From: Pseudohongiellaceae bacterium
GTDB taxonomy: Bacteria; Pseudomonadota; Gammaproteobacteria; Pseudomonadales; Cellvibrionaceae
Direction of reading: 5' to 3'
DNA: 38,480 nucleotides
NCBI GenBank assembly: GCA_047638515.1
Contig: JBLIME010000001.1
Span: 1-38,480, forward strand
Below, in pieces: positions 19,021 through 33,973 of this stretch. Within the stretch, counting starts at the first letter, position 1; the number at the start of each line of letters is the position of its first letter. A program made the position numbers and the translations under genes. The notes beneath the pieces were generated by a model. It saw only the letters and a list, made by a program, of their open reading frames with translations. It did not search any database and had not been told where the DNA came from.

Positions 19021-19779
19021 TCATACGTCATCGACTTCACGCCTATTCTCGGGCAGGTAGTTACGCAACATACTGTCGATAACTCGAGGATTTTGGCCAT
19101 TTTGGATAGCCAGTAATGCATCGATGACTAGGTTTTTAATCATTACATCCTCCTGTGCTTTTCGAGTCAACTTGGCCGCCATTGGATCACAAAAACTATT
19201 GGCCAAAATAGCCCCGTAAAGTGTTGTTAAAAGTGCTACCGCCATCGCTGGCCCAATAGATTTTGGATCCGACATGTTAGCTAGCATCGCCACTAAACCG
19301 ACCAAGGTACCGATCATACCCATGGCGGGGGCCATGCGTCCCATGGAGGCAAAAATAGAGGCGCCCAGCGTGTGCCTTTTTTCGGCTTCACTCTTTTCTT
19401 TGGAAAGAAGCGTCTTAACGACATCGGGGTCGTGTCCATCAACAAGCAGCTGAATCCCTTTTTGCAAAAAGTCACTACTTACCTCTTTGCCTTCAAGAGA
19501 CAGCAAACCACCTTTACGAGCTTGGTCGGCAAGCATCACAATTTCATCGATTAACGCACTCACATCTAGTGAGTTATCTTTGAAACCCTTAGCTGCTATT
19601 TTTACAAAAGATAGATACTGACTAAGATTATACTGAGCCATTACCGCACAAAAAGTTCCCCCGAAAACAATAACCAATGATGGTACATTGACAAACATAA
19701 TGAGCTCGCCACTTAACATCATAGTGACCACAATAAGAGCGACGGCACCGAGAATACCGATTAGCGATGCTAAATCCAC
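19021..19779 (-). CDS. pomA: Flagellar stator protein PomA/MotA
   Basis: 252 aa and collinear with Vibrio PomA (LVDGHDPDVV, APAMGMIGTLVGLVAML, GPAMAVALLTTLYGAILAN, AIQNGQNPRVID). GTG start is preceded by GAGAGG. Confidence 0.9.
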   Translation of the reverse strand: MDLASLIGILGAVALIVVTMMLSGELIMFVNVPSLVIVFGGTFCAVMAQYNLSQYLSFVKIAAKGFKDNSLDVSALIDEIVMLADQARKGGLLSLEGKEVSSDFLQKGIQLLVDGHDPDVVKTLLSKEKSEAEKRHTLGASIFASMGRMAPAMGMIGTLVGLVAMLANMSDPKSIGPAMAVALLTTLYGAILANSFCDPMAAKLTRKAQEDVMIKNLVIDALLAIQNGQNPRVIDSMLRNYLPENRREVDDV

Positions 19780-19956
19780 AATTTACCTCTCAAGACCAAA
19801 AACATTATTCGATGAACACCTTTTATGATTCGCTCCCACCAGTTTAGACGGTATTTTATATTTCGCATGGGTAAAACGAAGTCTTCATGTTAATATTATC
19901 GGTAATAACTAAGTTTGTGTAAAATATTACTAAATACTAGAAAGTAGTTGATGCTT

Positions 19957-20211
19957 ATGCCAAAAGAACTGCCAAAAGAACAAAAAACGCTCGATTTTGA
20001 AGCGTCGTTAGCCACACTCGACGGCCTAGTGAATAAGTTAGAGGGCGGGGAACTGTCTTTAGAGGAATCACTTTCTGCCTTCGAGCAAGGTATCAACTTA
20101 ACCCGACAGTGCCAACAGCATTTGACTGATGCAGAGCAGAAGGTTTCAATGCTTATCGGCAACGAGGGTGCATTGCAATTAACTGACTTCGACTCGCCTG
20201 AAAGTAATTAA
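19957..20211 (+). CDS. xseB: Exodeoxyribonuclease VII small subunit
   Basis: MPKE...FEASLATLDGLVNKLEGGELSLEESLSAFEQGINL aligns with E. coli XseB from its MPKK start. ATG codons at 19951 and 19957 are both possible starts. Confidence 0.9.
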   Translation: MPKELPKEQKTLDFEASLATLDGLVNKLEGGELSLEESLSAFEQGINLTRQCQQHLTDAEQKVSMLIGNEGALQLTDFDSPESN

Positions 20212-20231
20212 TTTTTAGGTGGAATTGTCTC

Positions 20232-21149
20232 ATGTTATCCTTCAGTGAATTTAGCCAACGACATTGTGAACGTGTCAATCAAGCCTTAATATCGCGCTTT
20301 AATGAAGCCGATCAGTTTGAACCGCGCCTGCTTGACGCCATGAAATATAGCCTCCTCAGTAGTGGCAAACGCGTGCGTCCACTGTTGGTTTATGCCTCGG
20401 CCTTGGCTGTTGATCAGTGCACGGAGTTGACGGATACCGCCGCCTGTGCGATCGAGTCTATCCATGCATACAGCCTCATTCACGATGATCTTCCCGCAAT
20501 GGACGACGACGACCTACGTCGGGGGCAAGCGACTTGCCACATTATGTTTGACGAGGCGACGGCTATTTTAGCGGGTGATGCGCTTCAGGCCATCGCTTTT
20601 GAATGGTTGAGTGCACCTCTCGCCATCAGCGAAGGCGAAGGCATACACAGCCAAAAGCTCTTGGGCAAGCAGTTACAGTCTGTTCAAATATTAGCTCACG
20701 CCAGTGGTTGTATGGGCATGGTAGCGGGTCAAGCCATCGATCTAGCTGCAATCAACCAAACACTAACTATCGAGCAACTCAGTAAGATGCACAGTCTAAA
20801 AACTGGAGCCCTCATTAGTGCAAGCGTTCAATTAGGTGCGTTATCGTCACGCGACGTCAACGAATTTCAGCTAGACGCTCTCAAAAAGTACGCACAAGCC
20901 ATTGGTCTTGCTTTTCAAGTCCAAGACGATATTTTAGACGTCACGGCCCAGACGAGCATACTGGGTAAACGACAAGGGGCAGATAACGCTAATAATAAGC
21001 CTACCTTTGTCTCGCTGCTAGGTCTTGAGCGCGCGCAAGACAAAGCCCATGCACTTTATAATGAGGCTGTATGCGCACTTTCAGATTTTGGTGACAGCGC
21101 AGATCATTTACGCGACCTGGCAACGTATATCATCAAGAGAAAATTTTAG
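20232..21149 (+). CDS. ispA: Farnesyl diphosphate synthase
   Basis: First Asp-rich motif LIHDDLPAMDDDDLRRG and second motif FQVQDDILD are present. Shine-Dalgarno AGGTGGA lies upstream. Confidence 0.93.
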   Translation: MLSFSEFSQRHCERVNQALISRFNEADQFEPRLLDAMKYSLLSSGKRVRPLLVYASALAVDQCTELTDTAACAIESIHAYSLIHDDLPAMDDDDLRRGQATCHIMFDEATAILAGDALQAIAFEWLSAPLAISEGEGIHSQKLLGKQLQSVQILAHASGCMGMVAGQAIDLAAINQTLTIEQLSKMHSLKTGALISASVQLGALSSRDVNEFQLDALKKYAQAIGLAFQVQDDILDVTAQTSILGKRQGADNANNKPTFVSLLGLERAQDKAHALYNEAVCALSDFGDSADHLRDLATYIIKRKF

Positions 21150-21317
21150 ATTATTATAAAAATATACTCTTAACGTATATATACTAGCGAAGTCCTAGCT
21201 TTCAACTTCTCTTTGAACTAGTCTTTTAATACTCAAAGTTCTACAACAATTGATTTTTGATTAACTTTTAGGAGGCAGACCAGCCTCTGTACATTCTTGG
21301 TTTACTAATAAAATATC

Positions 21318-23246
21318 ATGCTGAGTGAAATACCGCTAATTCGACCCAACACCCCGCTACTGGACACGATCAATTCTCCAGAGATTTTGCGTGCCTTAGA
21401 AGAACAGCAACTTCCTCAGGTAGCCCTTGAGCTGCGTGAGTATCTGCTTTATTGCATTGGTCAGACCGGAGGTCATTTTGGAGCGGGCTTAGGTGTTGTC
21501 GAACTCACCTTGGCGTTACACTATGCCTACAATACTCCCGATGACAGATTAGTCTGGGATGTAGGTCACCAAACCTACCCGCATAAGGTATTGACGGGTC
21601 GACGTGATCAAATGTTATCGATACGTAAATATCAGGGCTTATCGGGCTTCCCTAAGCGCGCCGAGAGCCCTTACGACACCTTTGGTGTCGGCCACTCGAG
21701 CACCTCTATCAGTGCAGCTCTGGGAATGACTATAGGCGACAAGCTTGCGGGTAAAAGCAACAAACATATTGCCATTATTGGCGATGGTGCAATGACCGCC
21801 GGCATGGCTTTTGAAGCCCTCAATCATGCGGCTCATACGGGTGAGGACTTACTTGTTATTCTCAATGATAACAATATGTCGATATCACCTAACGTGGGCG
21901 GACTCGCCACCTACTTTTCCAAAATATGGGCCAGTGAATTTTATAACGGCCTGCGCGAGAACAGTAAACGAGTACTGGCGAAAATCCCTAATGCTTGGGA
22001 GGCGGCTCGTCGAACCGAGGAGCACGTTAAAGGCCTTGTGTCCCCGGGTACTCTCTTTGAGGAGATGGGCTTTAATTATGTGGGCTTAATAGACGGTCAC
22101 GACTTGCCGACACTGGTAAGTTATTTGAAGAAACTTCAAAAAATAAAAGGCCCAAAATTACTTCATATTTTAACCCAAAAGGGCAAGGGCTTTGCACCGG
22201 CTGAAGCTGATCCGGTCGGCTATCATGCTCTCAATAAATTAGAGCCCAAGTCACCCGTCAGCGTCGCCAACACTAAACCCGCAAAGTCCGCACCAAAATA
22301 CCAGGATGTTTTCGGTCAATGGCTTTGCGATATGGCCGCCAAGGACGACCGCTTAGTTGGAATTACTCCTGCGATGTGCGAGGGTTCTGGTATGGTTGAT
22401 TTTGCCGATCAGTACCCACAGCGCTATCACGATGTCGCCATTGCCGAGCAACACGCGGTTACATTGGCTGCAGGTATCGCCTGCGAACAACAAAAACCCG
22501 TCGTGGCCATCTATTCAACTTTTTTACAGCGCGCTTACGACCAGCTAATTCACGATGTCGCACTGCAGAATCTCGACGTTACCTTTGGTATTGATCGCGC
22601 GGGTATCGTAGGGGAAGACGGTCCAACTCACGCGGGCAGCTTCGACATCAGCTTCTTACGCTGTGTGCCGAATATGATTATAGCAACTCCTAGCGACGAG
22701 AACGAATGCCGTCAATTATTGTTTAGCGCTTATCAATTCGAGGGGCCGTCGGCAGTGCGCTACCCAAGAGGCAAAGGTACCGGCGTTGCCATAGAGCGCG
22801 ACATGCAGAACTTTGTTGTTGGCAAGGGCCGCACGGTGCGTAAAGGTCGCGACATTGCCATTATGAATTTTGGTACACTGCTTCCAGGTGCGGTCATTGC
22901 TGCAGACAAGTTAGACGCAACTGTCTGTGATATGCGCTGGGCCAAACCACTCGACCACGAGCTCATTGAGGCGCTAGCGAACTCCCATAAACTAATCGTG
23001 ACCCTAGAGGAAAATAGTATCGCGGGCGGTGCTGGGAGCGGTGTTACTGAGTATCTGTCTGCCCAAGGCATTTTATTGCCGACACTGCACTTGGGATTAC
23101 CAGATCGTTATATTGACCACGGCAAACGCGAAAAAATTCTTGCTGCTATTGGCCTAGACGCGAAAGGCATAGAAACGCGTGTTAGACAGCGCATGCAGAC
23201 CATTGCCAAGTCTAGCAATACTGCCTTTAACCAAAAAATCTTTTAA
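21318..23246 (+). CDS. dxs: 1-deoxy-D-xylulose-5-phosphate synthase
   Basis: [12 protein letters not shown] and the TPP-binding motif [15 protein letters not shown] are present. Full-length Dxs collinearity. It follows xseB-ispA in the conserved order. Confidence 0.97.
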   Translation: MLSEIPLIRPNTPLLDTINSPEILRALEEQQLPQVALELREYLLYCIGQTGGHFGAGLGVVELTLALHYAYNTPDDRLVWDVGHQTYPHKVLTGRRDQMLSIRKYQGLSGFPKRAESPYDTFGVGHSSTSISAALGMTIGDKLAGKSNKHIAIIGDGAMTAGMAFEALNHAAHTGEDLLVILNDNNMSISPNVGGLATYFSKIWASEFYNGLRENSKRVLAKIPNAWEAARRTEEHVKGLVSPGTLFEEMGFNYVGLIDGHDLPTLVSYLKKLQKIKGPKLLHILTQKGKGFAPAEADPVGYHALNKLEPKSPVSVANTKPAKSAPKYQDVFGQWLCDMAAKDDRLVGITPAMCEGSGMVDFADQYPQRYHDVAIAEQHAVTLAAGIACEQQKPVVAIYSTFLQRAYDQLIHDVALQNLDVTFGIDRAGIVGEDGPTHAGSFDISFLRCVPNMIIATPSDENECRQLLFSAYQFEGPSAVRYPRGKGTGVAIERDMQNFVVGKGRTVRKGRDIAIMNFGTLLPGAVIAADKLDATVCDMRWAKPLDHELIEALANSHKLIVTLEENSIAGGAGSGVTEYLSAQGILLPTLHLGLPDRYIDHGKREKILAAIGLDAKGIETRVRQRMQTIAKSSNTAFNQKIF

Positions 23247-23297
23247 CATAAACGTCTATCAGTTTAGCGACTCTAAAAGGCGGTCGCGAACATCCGT

Positions 23298-24086
23298 TTA
23301 CACGGTTTCATTATCCAATTTTTTTGCAGCCTTGTTGCCATCATCCGTAGCTCCCATTTTCCAGTAGCTACTCGCGTATATTTGACCGCGCTTAGCAGTC
23401 AAATTCTTCTCGGCGAAGCTTGTCTTGAAGTAACGACGCAGACCTCTCATGGCATCAAATTCACTAGCCACCCAAATATGTGGAGCGCCTGTAAACCACG
23501 GAATTTTTTTTACGGCGTCGATCAGGACTGTATTTTTCTGGTTAGGTGTCTCATTCATAACCCAGTGAATATTAATTCCTGAAGGGGCTTCGATGGGGTA
23601 TTTATCAGCCTCGCTGAGTAGCTCTAACACGATATGACCCTTAGCAGCCCTTGGAAGTTGCTCTATGTTAGCCGCTATTGCGGGGATAGCGGTCATATCA
23701 CCGGCGAAAAAAACCCAGTCAGCACCGTGGTCGATTAATTTGACCGGCCCGGGACCGTCAATAGTAATCTGCTCGCCAACCTCCACATTGATCGCCCAAC
23801 TAATCGCAGGACCCATCTGCTCTTGGCACTGCGTCGACTCAATGTTATTTCCGTGCACCACAAAGTCAACAGTCAGCTCTAAGCACTTCGAATCAAACTT
23901 CCTAATTGTGTAGGTTCGCATAGTAGGTTTAACGCTATCGGATACAAACAGCAGCTTTATGTAAGCACTTTCTTGTCCTATGGGGAAATCTTTCAAGTCA
24001 TCGCCGGTCAAAATAATTCGCATCATATTTGGCGTGAGGTCAAACTTTCTTTTAACAGTAACGTTACGCAATTTACGATTAGTCAT
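23298..24086 (-). CDS. Siderophore-interacting protein / ferric-siderophore reductase (SIP/ViuB-like)
   Basis: FAD-binding RTYTIR motif followed by a NAD(P)H-binding half. ATG at 24086 (MTNRKL) is preceded by GGAGGGG and is a better start than the ORF-track start at 24122. Confidence 0.85.
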   Translation of the reverse strand: MTNRKLRNVTVKRKFDLTPNMMRIILTGDDLKDFPIGQESAYIKLLFVSDSVKPTMRTYTIRKFDSKCLELTVDFVVHGNNIESTQCQEQMGPAISWAINVEVGEQITIDGPGPVKLIDHGADWVFFAGDMTAIPAIAANIEQLPRAAKGHIVLELLSEADKYPIEAPSGINIHWVMNETPNQKNTVLIDAVKKIPWFTGAPHIWVASEFDAMRGLRRYFKTSFAEKNLTAKRGQIYASSYWKMGATDDGNKAAKKLDNETV

Positions 24087-24126
24087 TATGAGATAACCCC
24101 TCCTACAGAAAATAAAAGACACACCT

Positions 24127-24153
24127 GTAAAAAAAGACCAAATGGCCTTTTTC
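24127..24153 (-). terminator. Putative intrinsic terminator after gltD
   Basis: The minus strand reads AAAAAGGCC-AUUU-GGUCUUUUU followed by more U. The stem is AU-rich with one G.U pair, so confidence is only moderate. Confidence 0.45.
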
Positions 24154-24181
24154 TATCTCGGCAAATAACTGGCAGCGGCGC

Positions 24182-30083
<5,902 letters not shown>

Positions 30084-30422
30084 AAACGGTCTCACAATAA
30101 TGATCTTTTACGATCTTAAGAATAATTACAATACTCTGAACCAACTAAAATTTTAGCGTCAGATGTACATCCAAGAGGATTCTGCTCAGCTCGCAAAGGA
30201 GCTAAACGCATGAATCAAACCAGTCTTTTGGTATAGCCGAATTTTGACAAGCAGGCTGCAACAGTGACGTCCTTTTATACGCTCTACGCTTATAAAAGGT
30301 TTCTAGATAAAAAAGCCCCTAGTGTCAGGGTTTTTTTTTGAAAAAGGATATTACCTTCTAAGAGCGTATTTGGCAATCAATGGCTATAAAAAAAGTTATC
30401 GTGCTGGCAAATGACGCTAACT

Positions 30423-32060
30423 TCATCGAAATAACCGCATATCTTGCTTTAAATCTGATATTTTCTTAGGCCATGGGCCCGCGTTCACTTGATTTTGCGG
30501 TAAGTTTTGGATTGCCTGACGAGCTAGCTGAACATCTTTGTAGACGCCGACTACAACAACATACCACGGCTTGTTGTTGCGAGTAAGCGATACCAACAGG
30601 AGACTCGAAGCATTGGGTTGAGCGTCAATATAGACGATCAAGCTAGCTTCTTGCACTGCACCGATAAGCTGCAGTGTATAGCTTGCATCGGGCCACTGCA
30701 TAACGACCTGCTCACTAACACTAAATCTGTCATCGCTGAGCGTATCACTAACGCTTGGTTTGATCGGAGCTGGCACTCCAAAATCAGCTAACGTTAATGA
30801 CGCAGTCTCGCGCTCAAGTTCTTTTTTAAGATCGCCGACTAAGCTTTGATCTATCCCAGTGAGCTCGACGGGTTTCGGCTCTAAGGTGGCATCAGTACTT
30901 TTTTTACTGACTAATTTAGCGGCGTCGACAGCGCTTGCGTTTGCCAACGGCGGCTGGACCGCAGTTTTTTCAATTACTAGCGCCTCAACTTGTGAAGTGG
31001 TGTATATCCCGATGCTAGCTGAACTACTGAGTTTTGATGGAGCTTGTTGCGTGACCCCCATGTTGCGCTCAGCACTAAGTGTATCGATGAGTTGATCTTC
31101 TGCACCAGGCTCCGCCTCAATCAAAAGTGGCTGCGTCAAGACCCGCTTATTATCTGTAGGCTCATCATCCCCCATATAGATCAGTATCATTATCAGTCCG
31201 GCTAACAATATAACTAAAAGTCCCATATGCAGAAGTGGCAACCCAGACCTACGCTCGTCATCTTGCAGGCCTAAATCATCTACATTCTCTAAGCGGTAAA
31301 AGTGCTTTTTAACCGCTTTGTTGATAAGTAAAGGAAGGCCTTTAGACTCCTTGTAAATAGAGCTTATTTCGCCGTGCTTAAAATAATCCTCTACTTTTTT
31401 TGAAACTAAACCTAACTTAAAGTCAATATAGCTTTTTGCCTCGTCTAAATTAAACGGATTAAGATACATATCGTAGATTAAGACATCGACTATTGCTGAG
31501 GCATCCAACCGTTCAATTAAATTTTTATCGCCGCTAAGCAACAGATGAAATTGACCTTCGTGAGCACCCTGAAACAAACTTAATAAATCAGATAAGGTAG
31601 ATTCATTTAAAAAATCAGCGTCGTCGATAATAATAACAACGCGATGCAAGCTCGAAACAGACATGAATTTGCGCAGGGCAATAAGCATATCACCCGTGGT
31701 TGAGGCAAGCGTGACGGGCACCTCAAGCTGCGCAATAATCAGTCTGAACACATCTCCTGCGCTCTTCATTAGCGCCGACTCAATCATGCAACAATAGCAG
31801 GTTTCCGCGAGCTCTCTGCGAACCTCAGCCAAAAAAGCACTTTTACCAATACCCTTATCACCCAGCAAGCTAACGACATTACCGCCAAACTGACAAAGAT
31901 GGACGACTTCGTCAAGCTGTGACTGGATGTTCGAGGTCGCAAAAAAATCAGTTTCAATTTCATCTGCAAAAACATCGGCTACGCTTTCCATATTGCTTTT
32001 ATCAGCATTAGATGCAAACTTTTGTATCTCGACATGACTTTCAACTCTATCGTCTGACAT
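30423..32060 (-). CDS. ExeA-like AAA ATPase / TM / SPOR-domain protein (DamX-position protein, PA5037-like)
   Basis: Walker A LLGDKGIGKS and Walker B VVIIIDDADF. One TM segment (GLPLLHMGLLVILLAGLIMILIY). C-terminal SPOR-like YTLQLIGAV ... WYVVVVGVYKDVQLARQAIQNLP. Confidence 0.8.
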   Translation of the reverse strand: MSDDRVESHVEIQKFASNADKSNMESVADVFADEIETDFFATSNIQSQLDEVVHLCQFGGNVVSLLGDKGIGKSAFLAEVRRELAETCYCCMIESALMKSAGDVFRLIIAQLEVPVTLASTTGDMLIALRKFMSVSSLHRVVIIIDDADFLNESTLSDLLSLFQGAHEGQFHLLLSGDKNLIERLDASAIVDVLIYDMYLNPFNLDEAKSYIDFKLGLVSKKVEDYFKHGEISSIYKESKGLPLLINKAVKKHFYRLENVDDLGLQDDERRSGLPLLHMGLLVILLAGLIMILIYMGDDEPTDNKRVLTQPLLIEAEPGAEDQLIDTLSAERNMGVTQQAPSKLSSSASIGIYTTSQVEALVIEKTAVQPPLANASAVDAAKLVSKKSTDATLEPKPVELTGIDQSLVGDLKKELERETASLTLADFGVPAPIKPSVSDTLSDDRFSVSEQVVMQWPDASYTLQLIGAVQEASLIVYIDAQPNASSLLLVSLTRNNKPWYVVVVGVYKDVQLARQAIQNLPQNQVNAGPWPKKISDLKQDMRLFR

Positions 32061-32141
32061 AACGCGTGCCTAACATTTTTTTCTTGAAAAAGACCATTCA
32101 AGATACAACGAAAATCTACGCTTTTAGTACTCTGTATGAGA

Positions 32142-33224
32142 TTAGCGACAAGCAAGAATTGACTGGCTGATTTTTTCTTGCGGAGCATCCTCTGTTACTA
32201 TCGCGCAGCCAACACTTTTCAACAATACTAGGCGCAACTTACCATTCAGCACTTTTTTATCGACGGCCATAATATCAAGGAACTGCCGCTCAGTCATATT
32301 TTCGGGCACTGTAACCGGCAAGTTTGCCGTCTCCAACAGATAGCGTAATCGAGCAACTTCTTTTTTATTAACCCAACCCATGCGCGCTGATAAATCGAGT
32401 GCAACCAGCATACCTGTAGCAACTGCCTCGCCGTGAAGCCATTGGCCATAACCTTGTGCCGCTTCGATAGCATGAGCAAATGTATGCCCAAAATTCAGAG
32501 TCGCTCGCAGCCCGCTTTCTTTTTCGTCGGCGCTCACCACGCAGGCTTTACTTTGGCAAGATTTCAAAATTGCCGCGGAAGTGATCGCGGCATCCAATGA
32601 CATCAACGATGCTATGTTCGACTCTAACCAAGAGTAAAACATAGCATCGTTAATTAATCCGTACTTAATGATTTCGGCGATACCCGCCGACAACTCGCGA
32701 CTCGGCAATGTCTGCAAGACGTCGATATCGATGATCACAACCTCAGGCTGATGAAAAGCGCCAATCATATTTTTACCTAGAGGATGATTAACGCCAGTCT
32801 TGCCGCCCACAGACGAGTCTACTTGTGCCAATAATGTTGTCGGTATTTGAATAAAATTAACGCCCCGCTGATAGGTAGCTGCAGCGAAACCTGTCATATC
32901 ACCGACGACACCCCCCCCCAACGCAATGAGTGTGGTCGTGCGGTTATGTCTACCTTCTAACAGGCAGTCATAAATCTGATTAATCGTGTCTAACTGTTTA
33001 TATTGCTCACCATCGGGAAGTATAACGACGTCAATTTGATAATCATTGGTGAGTAATGCTTTAACTCTATCGAGATACAGCGGTGCAATAGTTGTATTGG
33101 TGACGATACAAACTTGACGGCCTTGTATATGAGGCATGAGATAACTAGCATCATCCAATAGGCCAGAGCCAATGTAAATAGGATAGTCTCTTTGATCGCC
33201 GAGCTCGACGGTTAACTTTTGCAT
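32142..33224 (-). CDS. aroB: 3-dehydroquinate synthase
   Basis: [20 protein letters not shown] and HTFAHAIE...HGEAVA motifs are present. It follows aroK in the conserved aroK-aroB order. Confidence 0.96.
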   Translation of the reverse strand: MQKLTVELGDQRDYPIYIGSGLLDDASYLMPHIQGRQVCIVTNTTIAPLYLDRVKALLTNDYQIDVVILPDGEQYKQLDTINQIYDCLLEGRHNRTTTLIALGGGVVGDMTGFAAATYQRGVNFIQIPTTLLAQVDSSVGGKTGVNHPLGKNMIGAFHQPEVVIIDIDVLQTLPSRELSAGIAEIIKYGLINDAMFYSWLESNIASLMSLDAAITSAAILKSCQSKACVVSADEKESGLRATLNFGHTFAHAIEAAQGYGQWLHGEAVATGMLVALDLSARMGWVNKKEVARLRYLLETANLPVTVPENMTERQFLDIMAVDKKVLNGKLRLVLLKSVGCAIVTEDAPQEKISQSILACR

Positions 33225-33445
33225 AATAATTTCGTTTTAAAATAACAGTTGGTGTTTTAAATGATCATCAATGCGGTACCATAAAAAATATAGGCGTGCT
33301 TGATGATTAGATGGAAGATACAGCTGTAAATGTAGGGGCTGTCAACTTAAGCAGCGACAAAATCTCGAGCTTCGAGCGGCCATCGCTCGACGCATGCATT
33401 AATAAAGTCTACATCATTGCCGCTTAAAAACAATGACGGATCTCG

Positions 33446-33961
33446 TCAACCTGCTAAATCTGTGGCTATTTGCTTTGCAAGAACCTTAGGGCTTCTGGCA
33501 TCGGTCATAACAATACAAGTAGCAACTTCTCGATACAAGACATCCCTTTCTGAAATAAGTTGCCGAATTTTCAGCTCGGGATTAGCCACCTGCAATAGCG
33601 GCCGTTTTTTATCTTTTTCGGTGCGCTTAACAAGCTGCTCGATATCGGCAACAAGATAGATAACGATATCGGCTTGCCTTATAAGAGCTCTGTTTTCTTG
33701 GCTTAAGACAATACCACCACCAGTCGCGAGTATCAGTGCGGGCTGATCAATCAGGGACTTAAGAACCGCGGTTTCGCGCAGTCGAAACCCAGCTTCGCCT
33801 TCAACATCAAAAATCCAGGGGATATCAGCACCACAACGCTCTTCTATTTCGCTATCGCTATCTTTGAAGGGCAAGTCTAACTGCTTTGCAAGCAGTCGAC
33901 CAATTGTAGATTTACCAGCCCCCATGGGGCCGATCAGTATAATTTTTTGAAGAGTCTGCAT
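33446..33961 (-). CDS. aroK: Shikimate kinase
   Basis: P-loop GPMGAGKSTIGR. 171 aa. It starts 13 nt downstream of the pilQ stop. Confidence 0.95.
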   Translation of the reverse strand: MQTLQKIILIGPMGAGKSTIGRLLAKQLDLPFKDSDSEIEERCGADIPWIFDVEGEAGFRLRETAVLKSLIDQPALILATGGGIVLSQENRALIRQADIVIYLVADIEQLVKRTEKDKKRPLLQVANPELKIRQLISERDVLYREVATCIVMTDARSPKVLAKQIATDLAG

Positions 33962-33973
33962 TATTTAGGGAAA

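Noticed and set aside
19896-19903. Sigma-28-like -10 element (ACCGATAA on the minus strand) upstream of pomA
   Set aside because: No acceptable TAAAGTTT-type -35 element lies at the required spacing. A lone 7/8 match is too weak to call a promoter.
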